Part shown: positions 41,123 through 53,201 of the stretch, in pieces
Numbering within the stretch: the first letter of the stretch is position 1
Layout: every line of letters begins with the position of its first letter
NCBI RefSeq assembly: GCF_009914755.1
Contig: NC_060933.1
DNA length: 64,000 nt
Reading direction: 5' to 3' (one strand)
Source: the human T2T-CHM13v2.0 reference genome, Homo sapiens
Notes under the pieces: model-generated
Told to the model about the DNA's origin: nothing
What the model saw: the letters and a program-made list of their open reading frames with translations, nothing else
The model's database searches: none
Translations under genes and position numbers: made by a program

Positions 41123-44100
41123 CATTCTCAGAAACTTGTTTGTGATGTGTGTATTCAACTAACAGAGATGAACCTTTCTTTTTACAGAGCAGTTTTGAAA
41201 CACTCTTTTTGTGGAATCTGAAAGTGGATATTTGGATAGCTTTGAGGATTTCGTTGGAAACGGGATTACATATAAAACCTAGAGAGAAGCATTCTCAGGA
41301 ACTTCTTTGTGATGTTTGCCTTCAAGTCACAGGACTGAACATTCCCTTTCATAGAGCAGGTTTGAAACACTCTTTCTGTAGTATCTGCAAGCTGACGTTT
41401 CAAGCGCTTTCAGGCCTATGGTGAGAAAGGAAATATCTTCAAGTAAAAACTAGACAGAAGCATTCTCAGAAACTTATTTGCCATGTGTGTTCTCAACTAA
41501 CAGAGTTGAACCTTTGTTTTGATACGGCATTTTGGAAACACTCTTTTTGTAGAATCTGCAGGTGGATATTCGGATAGCTTTGAAGGTTTCGTTGGAAACG
41601 GGAATATCTTCATATAAAATCTAGACGGAAGCATTCTCAGAAACTGCTTTGTGATGTTTTCATTCAAGTCACAGAGTAGAATCTTCCCTGTTATATACCA
41701 GGTTTCAGACACTCTTTCTGCACTACCTGGAAGTGGACATTTGCAGCGCTTTGAGGCCTATGATGAAAAAGGAAATATCTTCCCATAAAAACTAGACAGA
41801 AGCATTCTCAGAAACTTGTTTGTGATGTGTGTATTCAACTAACAGAGATGAACCTTTCTTTTTACAGAGCAGTTTTGAAACACTCTTTTTGTGGAATCTG
41901 AAAGTGGATATTTGGATAGCTTTGAGGATTTCGTTGGAAACGGGATTACATATAAAATCTAGAGAGAAGCATTCTCAGGAACTTCTTTGTGATGTTTGCA
42001 TTCACGTCACAGAACTGAACATTCCCTTTCATAGAGCATGTTTGAAACACTCTTTCTGTAGTATCTGCAAACGGACATTTCAAACGCTTTCAGGCCTATG
42101 GTGAGAAAGGAAATATCTTCAAATAAAAACTAGACAGAAGCATTCTCAGAAACTTATTTGCGATGTGTGTCCTCAACTAACAGAGTTGAACCTTTCTTTT
42201 GATACAACATTTTGGAAACACTCTTTTTGTGGAATCTGCAAGTGGATATTTGGATAGCTTTGAAGATTTCGTTGGAAACGGGAATATCTTCATATAAAAT
42301 CAAGACAGAAGCATTCTCAGAAACTTCTCTGTGATGTTTGCATTCAACTCATAGAGTTGAACACTTCCCTTCATACAGCAGGTTTGAAACACTCTTTTTG
42401 TAATATTTGGAAGTGGACATTTGCAGCGCTTTGAGGCCTATGATGAAAAAGGTAATATCTTCCCATAAAAACTAGACAGAAGCATTCTCAGAAACTTGTT
42501 TGTGATGTGTGTATTCAACTAACAGAGATGAACCTTTCTTTTTACAGAGCAGTTTTGAAACACTCTTTTTGTGGAATCTGAAAGTGGATATTTGGATAGC
42601 TTTGCGGATTTCGTTGGAAACGGGATTACATATAAAATCTAGGGAGAAGCATTATCAGGAACTTCTTTGTGATGTTTGCATTCAAGTCACAGAACTGAAC
42701 ATTCCCTTTCATAGAGCAGGTTTGAAACACTCTTTCTGTAGTATCTGCAAGCGGACGTTTTAAGCGCTTTCAGGCCTGTGGTGAGAAAAGAAATATCTTC
42801 AAATAAAAACTAGACAGAAGCATTCTCAGAAACTTATTTGCGATGTGTGTCCTCAACTAACAGAGTTGAACCTTTCTTTTGATACAACATTTTGGAAACA
42901 CTCTTTTTGTAGAATCTGCAAGTGGATATTTGGATAGCTTTGAAGGTTTCGTTGGAAACGGGAATATCTTCATATGAAATCAAGACAGAAGCATTCTCAG
43001 AAACTTCTCTGTGATGTTTGCATTCAACTCATAGAGTTGAACACTTCCCTTCATACAGCAGGTTTGAAACACTCTTTTTGTAATATTTGGAAGTGGACAT
43101 TTGCAGCGCTTTGAGGCCTATGTTGAAAAAGGAAATATCTTCTCCTAAAAACCAGACAGAAGCATTCTCAGAAACTTCCTTGTGATGTGTGTACTCAAGT
43201 AACAGAGTTGAACCTTCCTTTTGACAGAGCAGTTTTGAAGCACTCTTTTTGTAGAATCTGCAAGTGGATATTTTGATACCTTTGAGGATTTCGTTGGACA
43301 CGGGATATCTTCATATAAAATCTAGACAGAAGCATTCTCAGAAACTTCTTTGTGCTGTATGTCCTCAATTAACAGAGTTGAACCTTTGTGTGGATACAGC
43401 ATTTTGGAAACATTCCTTTAGTAGAATCTGCAAGTTGATATTTAGATAGCTAGGAAGATTTCCTTGGAAACGGGAATATCTTCATATAAAATCTAGACGG
43501 AAGCATTCTCAGAAAGTGCTTTGTGATGTTTGCATTCAAGTCACAGAGTTGAATATTCCCTTTTATAGAGCAGGTTTGAAACACTCTTTCTGCACTACCT
43601 GGAAGTGGACATTTGGAGCGCTTTGAGGCCTATGTTGAAAAAGGAAATATGTTCCCATAAAAACTGGACAGAAGCATTCTCAGAAACTTGTTTGTGATGT
43701 GTGTATTCAACTAACAGAGATGAACCTTTCTTTTTACAGAGCAGTTTTGAAACACTCTTTTTGTGGAATCTGAAAGTGGATATTTGGATAGCTTTGAGGA
43801 TTTCGTTGGAAACGGGATTACATATAAAACCTAGAGAGAAGCATTCTCAGGAACTTCTTTGTGATGTTTGCATTCAAGTCACAGGACTGAACATTCCCTT
43901 TCATAGAGCAGGTTTGAAACACTCTTTCTGTAGTATCTGCAAGCTGACGTTTCAAGCGCTTTCAGGCCTATGGTGAGAAAGGAAATATCTTCAAGTAAAA
44001 ACTAGACAGAAGCATTCTCAGAAACTTATTTGCCATGTGTGTTCTCAACTAACAGAGTTGAACCTTTGTTTTGATACGGCATTTTGGAAACACTCTTTTT

Positions 44101-47100
44101 GTAGAATCTGCAGGTGGATATTCGGATAGCTTTGAAGGTTTCGTTGGAAACGGGAATATCTTCATATAAAATCTAGACGGAAGCATTCTCAGAAACTGCT
44201 TTGTGATGTTTTCATTCAAGTCACAGAGTAGAATGTTCCCTGTTATATACCAGGTTTGAGACACTCTTTCTGCACTACCTGGAAGTGGACGTTTGGAGCG
44301 CTTTGAGGCCTATGTTGAAAAAGGAAATATCTTCCCATAAAAACTAGACAGAAGCATTCTCAGAAACTTGTTTGTGATGTGTGTATTCAACTAACAGGGA
44401 TGAACCTTTCTTATTACAGAGCAGTTTTGAAACACTCTTTTTGTGGAATCTGAAAGTGGATATTTGGATAGCTTTGAGGATTTCGTTGGAAACGGGATTA
44501 CATATAAAACCTAGAGAGAAGCATTCTCAGGAACTTCTTTGTGATGTTTGCATTCAAGTCACAGAACTGAACATTCCCTTTCATAGAGCATGTTTGAAAC
44601 ACTCTTTCTGTAGTATCTGCAAACGGACATTTCAAACGCTTTCAGGCCTATGGTGAGAAAGGAAATATCTTCAAATAAAAACTAGACAGAAGCATTCTCA
44701 GAAACTTGTTTGCGATGTGTTTCCTCAACTAACAGAGTTGAACCTTTCTTTTGATACAACATTTTGGAAACACTCTTTTTGTAGAATCTGCAAGTGGATA
44801 TTTGGATAGCTTTGAAGGTTTCTTTGGAAACGGGAATATCTTCATATAAAATCAAGACAGAAGCATTCTCAGAAACTTCTCTGTGATGTTTGCATTCAAC
44901 TCATAGAGTTGAACACTTCCCTTCATACAGCAGGTTTGAAACACTCTTTTTGTAATATTTGGAAGTGGACATTTGCAGCGCTTTGAGGCCTATGATGAAA
45001 AAGGTAATATCTTCCCATAAAAACTAGACAGAAGCATTCTCAGAAACTTGTTTGTGATGTGTGTATTCAACTAACAGAGATGAACCTTTCTTTTTACAGA
45101 GCAGTTTTGAAACACTCTTTTTGTGGAATCTGAAAGTGGATATTTGGATAGCTTTGCGGATTTCGTTGGAAACGGGATTACATATAAAATCTAGGGAGAA
45201 GCATTCTCAGGAACTTCTTTGTGATGTTTGCATTCAAGTCACAGAACTGAACATTCCCTTTCATAGAGCAGGTTTGAACACTCTTTCTGTAGTATCTGCA
45301 AGCGGACGTTTTAAGCGCTTTCAGGCCTGTGGTGAGAAAGGAAATATCTTCAAATAAAAACTAGACAGAAGCATTCTCAGAAACTTATTTGCGATGTGTG
45401 TCCTCAACTAACAGAGTTGAACCTTTCTTTTGATACAACATTTTGATAACACTCTTTTTGTAGAATCTGCAAGTGGATATTTGGATAGCTTTGAAGGTTT
45501 CGTTGGAAACGGGAATATCTTCATATGAAATCAAGACAGAAGCATTCTCAGAAACTTCTCTGTGATGTTTGCATTCAACTCATAGAGTTGAACACTTCCC
45601 TTCATACAGCAGGTTTGAAACACTCTTTTTCTAATATTTGGAAGTGGACATTTGCAGCGCTTTGAGGCCTATGTTGAAAAAGGAAATATCTTCTCCTAAA
45701 AACCAGACAGAAGCATTCTCAGAAACTTCCTTGTGATGTGTGTACTCAAGTAACAGAGTTGAACCTTCCTTTTGACAGAGCAGTTTTGAACCACTCTTTT
45801 TGTAGAATCTGCAAGTGGATATTTTGATACCTTTGAGGATTTCGTTGGACACGGGATATCTTCATATAAAATCTAGACAGAAGCATTCTCAGAAACTTCT
45901 TTGTGCTGTATGTCCTCAATTAACAGAGTTGAACCTTTGTGTGGATACAGCATTTTGGAAACATTCCTTTAGAAGAATCTGCAAGTTGATATTTAGATAG
46001 CTAGGAAGATTTCCTTGGAAACGGGAATATCTTCATATAAAATCTAGACGGAAGCATTCTCAGAAAGTGCTTTGTGATGTTTGCATTCAAGTCACAGAGT
46101 TGAATATTCCCTTTTATAGAGCAGGTTTGAAACACTCTTTCTGCACTACCTGGAAGTGGACATTTGGAGCGCTTTGAGGCCTATGTTGAAAAAGGAAATA
46201 TCTTCCCATAAAAACTAGACAGAAGCATTCTCAGAAACTTGTTTGTGATGTGTGTATTCAACTAACAGAGATGAACCTTTCTTTTTACAGAGCAGTTTTG
46301 AAACACTCTTTTTGTGGAATCTGAAAGTGGATATTTGGATAGCTTTGAGGATTTCGTTGGAAACGGGATTACATATAAAACCTAGAGAGAAGCATTCTCA
46401 GGAACTTCTTTGTGATGTTTGCCTTCAAGTCACAGGACTGAACATTCCCTTTCATAGAGCAGGTTTGAAACACTCTTTCTGTAGTATCTGCAAGCTGACG
46501 TTTCAAGCGCTTTCAGGCCTATGGTGAGAAAGGAAATATCTTCAAGTAAAAACTAGACAGAAGCATTCTCAGAAACTTATTTGCCATGTGTGTTCTCAAC
46601 TAACAGAGTTGAACCTTTGTTTTGATACGGCATTTTGGAAACACTCTTTTTGTAGAAACTGCAGGTGGATATTCGGATAGCTTTGAAGGTTTCGTTGGAA
46701 ACGGGAATATCTTCATATAAAATCTAGACGGAAGCATTCTCAGAAACTGCTTTGTGATGTTTTCATTCAAGTCACAGAGTAGAATCTTCCCTGTTATATA
46801 CCAGGTTTCAGACACTCTTTCTGCACTACCTGGAAGTGGACATTTGCAGCGCTTTGAGGCCTATGATGAAAAAGGAAATATCTTCCCATAAAAACTAGAC
46901 AGAAGCATTCTCAGAAACTTGTTTGTGATGTGTGTATTCAACTAACAGAGATGAACCTTTCTTTTTACAGAGCAGTTTTGAAACACTCTTTTTGTGGAAT
47001 CTGAAAGTGGATATTTGGATAGCTTTGAGGATTTCGTTGGAAACGGGATTACATATAAAATCTAGAGAGAAGCATTCTCAGGAACTTCTTTGTGATGTTT

Positions 47101-50100
47101 GCATTCACGTCACAGAACTGAACATTCCCTTTCATAGAGCATGTTTGAAACACTCTTTCTGTAGTATCTGCAAACGGACATTTCAAACGCTTTCAGGCCT
47201 ATGGTGAGAAAGGAAATATCTTCAAATAAAAACTAGACAGAAGCATTCTCAGAAACTTATTTGCAATGTGTGTCCTCAACTAACAGAGTTGAACCTTTCT
47301 TTTGATACAACATTTTGGAAACACTCTTTTTGTGGAATCTGCAAGTGGATATTTGGATAGCTTTGAAGATTTCGTTGGAAACGGGAATATCTTCATATAA
47401 AATCAAGACAGAAGCATTCTCAGAAACTTCTCTGTGATGTTTGCATTCAACTCATAGAGTTGAACACTTCCCTTCATACAGCAGGTTTGAAACACTCTTT
47501 TTGTAATATTTGGAAGTGGACATTTGCAGCGCTTTGAGGCCTATGATGAAAAAGGTAATATCTTCCCATAAAAACTAGACAGAAGCATTCTCAGAAACTT
47601 GTTTGTGATGTGTGTATTCAACTAACAGAGATGAACCTTTCTTTTTACAGAGCAGTTTTGAAACACTCTTTTTGTGGAATCTGAAAGTGGATATTTGGAT
47701 AGCTTTGCGGATTTCGTTGGAAACGGGATTACATATAAAATCTAGGGAGAAGCATTATCAGGAACTTCTTTGTGATGTTTGCATTCAAGTCACAGAACTG
47801 AACATTCCCTTTCATAGAGCAGGTTTGAAACACTCTTTCTGTAGTATCTGCAAGCGGACGTTTTAAGCGCTTTCAGGCCTGTGGTGAGAAAAGAAATATC
47901 TTCAAATAAAAACTAGACAGAAGCATTCTCAGAAACTTATTTGCGATGTGTGTCCTCAACTAACAGAGTTGAACCTTTCTTTTGATACAACATTTTGGAA
48001 ACACTCTTTTTGTAGAATCTGCAAGTGGATATTTGGATAGCTTTGAAGGTTTCGTTGGAAACGGGAATATCTTCATATGAAATCAAGACAGAAGCATTCT
48101 CAGAAACTTCTCTGTGATGTTTGCATTCAACTCATAGAGTTGAACACTTCCCTTCATACAGCAGGTTTGAAACACTCTTTTTCTAATATTTGGAAGTGGA
48201 CATTTGCAGCGCTTTGAGGCCTATGTTGAAAAAGGAAATATCTTCTCCTAAAAACCAGACAGAAGCATTCTCAGAAACTTCCTTGTGATGTGTGTACTCA
48301 AGTAACAGAGTTGAACCTTCCTTTTGACAGAGCAGTTTTGAAGCACTCTTTTTGTAGAATCTGCAAGTGGATATTTTGATACCTTTGAGGATTTCGTTGG
48401 ACACGGGATATCTTCATATAAAATCTAGACAGAAGCATTCTCAGAAACTTCTTTGTGCTGTATGTCCTCAATTAACAGAGTTGAACCTTTGTGTGGATAC
48501 AGCATTTTGGAAACATTCCTTTAGTAGAATCTGCAAGTTGATATTTAGATAGCTAGGAAGATTTCCTTGGAAACGGGAATATCTTCATATAAAATCTAGA
48601 CGGAAGCATTCTCAGAAAGTGCTTTGTGATGTTTGCATTCAAGTCACAGAGTTGAATATTCCCTTTTATAGAGCAGGTTTGAAACACTCTTTCTGCACTA
48701 CCTGGAAGTGGACATTTGGAGCGCTTTGAGGCCTATGTTGAAAAAGGAAATATGTTCCCATAAAAACTGGACAGAAGCATTCTCAGAAACTTGTTTGTGA
48801 TGTGTGTATTCAACTAACAGAGATGAACCTTTCTTTTTACAGAGCAGTTTTGAAACACTCTTTTTGTGGAATCTGAAAGTGGATATTTGGATAGCTTTGA
48901 GGATTTCGTTGGAAACGGGATTACATATAAAACCTAGAGAGAAGCATTCTCAGGAACTTCTTTGTGATGTTTGCATTCAAGTCACAGGACTGAACATTCC
49001 CTTTCATAGAGCAGGTTTGAAACACTCTTTCTGTAGTATCTGCAAGCTGACGTTTCAAGCGCTTTCAGGCCTATGGTGAGAAAGGAAATATCTTCAAGTA
49101 AAAACTAGACAGAAGCATTCTCAGAAACTTATTTGCCATGTGTGTTCTCAACTAACAGAGTTGAACCTTTGTTTTGATACGGCATTTTGGAAACACTCTT
49201 TTTGTAGAATCTGCAGGTGGATATTCGGATAGCTTTGAAGGTTTCGTTGGAAACGGGAATATCTTCATATAAAATCTACACGGAAGCATTCTCAGAAACT
49301 GCTTTGTGATGTTTTCATTCAAGTCACAGAGTAGAATGTTCCCTGTTATATACCAGGTTTGAGACACTCTTTCTGCACTACCTGGAAGTGGACGTTTGGA
49401 GGGCTTTGAGGCCTATGTTGAAAAAGGAAATATCTTCCCATAAAAACTAGACAGAAGCATTCTCAGAAACTTGTTTGTGATGTGTGTATTCAACTAACAG
49501 GGATGAACCTTTCTTATTACAGTGCAGTTTTGAAACACTCTTTTTGTGGAATCTGAAAGTGGATATTTGGATAGCTTTGAGGATTTCGTTGGAAACGGGA
49601 TTACATATAAAACCTAGAGAGAAGCATTCTCAGGAACTTCTTTGTGATGTTTGCATTCAAGTCACAGAACTGAACATTCCCTTTCATAGAGCATGTTTGA
49701 AACACTCTTTCTGTAGTATCTGCAAACGGACATTTCAAACGCTTTCAGGCCTATGGTGAGAAAGGAAATATCTTCAAATAAAAACTAGACAGAAGCATTC
49801 TCAGAAACTTGTTTGCGATGTGTTTCCTCAACTAACAGAGTTGAACCTTTCTTTTGATACAACATTTTGGAAACACTCTTTTTGTAGAATCTGCAAGTGG
49901 ATATTTGGATAGCTTTGAAGGTTTCTTTGGAAACGGGAATATCTTCATATAAAATCAAGACAGAAGCATTCTCAGAAACTTCTCTGTGATGTTTGCATTC
50001 AACTCATAGAGTTGAACACTTCCCTTCATACAGCAGGTTTGAAACACTCTTTTTGTAATATTTGGAAGTGGACATTTGCAGCGCTTTGAGGCCTATGATG

Positions 50101-51329
50101 AAAAAGGTAATATCTTCCCATAAAAACTAGACAGAAGCATTCTCAGAAACTTGTTTGTGATGTGTGTATTCAACTAACAGAGATGAACCTTTCTTTTTAC
50201 AGAGCAGTTTTGAAACACTCTTTTTGTGGAATCTGAAAGTGGATATTTGGATAGCTTTGCGGATTTCGTTGGAAACGGGATTACATATAAAATCTAGGGA
50301 GAAGCATTCTCAGGAACTTCTTTGTGATGTTTGCATTCAAGTCACAGAACTGAACATTCCCTTTCATAGAGCAGGTTTGAAACACTCTTTCTGTAGTATC
50401 TGCAAGCGGACGTCTTAAGCGCTTTCAGGCCTGTGGTGAGAAAGGAAATATCTTCAAATAAAAACTAGACAGAAGCATTCTCAGAAACTTATTTGCGATG
50501 TGTGTCCTCAACTAACAGAGTTGAACCTTTCTTTTGATACAACATTTTGGAAACACTCTTTTTGTAGAATCTGCAAGTGGATATTTGGATAGCTTTGAAG
50601 GTTTCGTTGTAAACGGGAATATCTTCATATGAAATCAAGACAGAAGCATTCTCAGAAACTTCTCTGTGATGTTTGCATTCAACTCATAGAGTTGAACACT
50701 TCCCTTCATACAGCAGGTTTGAAACACTCTTTTTCTAATATTTGGAAGTGGACATTTGCAGCGCTTTGAGGCCTATGTTGAAAAAGGAAATATCTTCTCC
50801 TAAAAACCAGACAGAAGCATTCTCAGAAACTTCCTTGTGATGTGTGTACTCAAGTAACAGAGTTGAACCTTCATTTTGACAGAGCAGTTTTGAAGCACTC
50901 TTTTTGTAGAATCTGCAAGTGGATATTTTGATACCTTTGAGGATTTCGTTAGACACGGGATATCTTCATATAAAATCTAGACAGAAGCATTCTCAGAAAC
51001 TTCTTTGTGCTGTATGTCCTCAATTAACAGAGTTGAACCTTTGTGTGGATACAGCATTTTGGAAACATTCCTTTAGTAGAATCTGCAAGTTGATATTTAG
51101 ATAGCTAGGAAGATTTCCTTGGAAACGGGAATATCTTCATATAAAATCTAGACGGAAGCATTCTCAGAAAGTGCTTTGTGATGTTTGCATTCAAGTCACA
51201 GAGTTGAATATTCCCTTTTATAGAGCAGGTTTGAAACACTCTTTCTGCACTACCTGGAAGTGGACATTTGGAGCGCTTTGAGGCCTATGTTGAAAAAGGA
51301 AATATCTTCCCATAAAAACTAGACAGAAG
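41123..51329 (+). repeat. Four 15-mer HORs (2552, 2551, 2552, 2552 bp)
   Basis: Trimer markers 40712, 43264, 45815, 48367 and 50919. There is a 1-bp deletion near 45277. Confidence 0.93.
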
Positions 51330-53201
51330 CATTCTCAGAAATTTGTTTGTGATGTGTGTATTCAACTAACAGAGATGAACCTTTCTTTTTACAGAGCAGT
51401 TTTGAAACACTCTTTTTGTGGATTCTGAAAGTGGATATTTGGATAGCTTTGAGGATTTCGTTGGAAACGGGATTACATATAAAACCTAGAGAGAAGCATT
51501 CTCAGGAACTTCTTTGTGATGTTTGCATTCAAGTCACAGAACTGAACATTCCCTTTCATAGAGCAGGTTTGAAACACTCTTTCTGTAGTATCTGCAAGCT
51601 GACGTTTCAAGCGCTTTCAGGCCTATGGTGAGAAAGGAAATATCTTCAAGTAAAAACTAGACAGAAGCATTCTCAGAAACTTATTTGCGATGTGTGTTCT
51701 CAACTAACAGAGTTGAACCTTTGTTTTGATATGGCATTTTGGAAACACTCTTTTTGTAGAATCTGCAGGTGGATATTCGGATAGCTTTGAACGTTTCGTT
51801 GGAAACGGGAATATCTTCATATAAAATCTAGACGGAAGCATTCTCAGAAACTGCTTTGTGATGTTTTCATTCAAGTCACAGAGTAGAATGTTCCCCGTTA
51901 TATACCAGGTTTGAGACACTCTTTCTGCACTACCTGGAAGTGGACATTTGGAGCGCTTTGAGGCCTATGATGAAGAAGGAAATATCTTCCCATAAAAACT
52001 AGACAGAAGCATTCTCAGAAACTTGTTTGTGATGTGTGTATTCAACTAACAGAGATGAACCTTTCTTTTTACAGAGCAGTTTTGAAACACTCTTTTTGTG
52101 GAATCTGAAAGTGGATATTTGGATAGCTTTGCGGATTTCGTTGGAAACGGGATTACATATAAAATCTAGGGAGAAGCATTCTCAGGAACTTCTTTGTGAT
52201 GTTTGCTTTCAAGTCACAGAACTGAACATTCCCTTTCATAGAGCAGGTTTGAAACACTCTTTCTGTAGTATCTGCAAGCGGACGTTTTAAGCGCTTTCAG
52301 GCCTGTGGTGAGAAAGGAAATATCTTCAAATAAAAACTAGACAGAAGCATTCTCAGAAACTTATTTGCGATGTGTGTCCTCAACTAACAGAGTTGAACCT
52401 TTCTTTTGATACAACATTTTGGAAACACTCTTTTTGTAGAATCTGCAAGTGGATATTTGGATAACTTTGAAGGTTTCGTTGGAAACGGGAATATCTTCAT
52501 ATGAAATCAAGACAGAAGCATTCTCAGAAACTTCTCTGTGATGTTTGCATTCAACTCATAGAGTTGAACACTTCCCTTCATACAGCAGGTTTGAAACACT
52601 CTTTTTCTAATATTTGGAAGTGGACATTTGCAGCGCTTTGAGGCCTATGTTGTAAAAGGAAATATCTTCTCCTAAAAACCAGACAGAAGCATTCTCAGAA
52701 ACTTCCTTGTGATGTGTGTACTCAAGTAACAGAGTTGAACCTTCCTTTTGACAGAGCAGTTTTGAAGCACTCTTTTTGTAGAATCTGCAAGTGGATATTT
52801 TGATACCTTTGAGGATTTCGTTGGACACGGGATATCTTCATATAAAATCTAGACAGAAGCATTCTCAGAAACTTCTTTGTGCTGTATGTCCTCAATTAAC
52901 AGAGTTGAACCTTTGTGTGGATACAGCATTTTGGAAACATTCCTTTAGAAGAATCTGCAAGTTGATATTTAGATAGCTAGGAAGATTTCCTTGGAAACGG
53001 GAATATCTTCATATAAAATCTAGACGGAAGCATTCTCAGAAAGTGCTTTGTGATGTTTGCATTCAAGTCACAGAGTTGAATATTCCCTTTTATAGAGCAG
53101 GTTTGAAACACTCTTTCTGCACTACCTGGAAGTGGACATTTGGAGCGCTTTGAGGCCTATGTTGAAAAAGGAAATATCTTCCCATAAAAACTAGACAGAA
53201 G
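51330..53201 (+). repeat. 11-mer HOR of A'-C-trimer type
   Basis: Trimer markers 50919 to 52791. Shares GAAATTTG, GGATTCTG, GAACGTTT, CCCCGTT and GAAGAAGG with 39251-41122. Confidence 0.92.
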
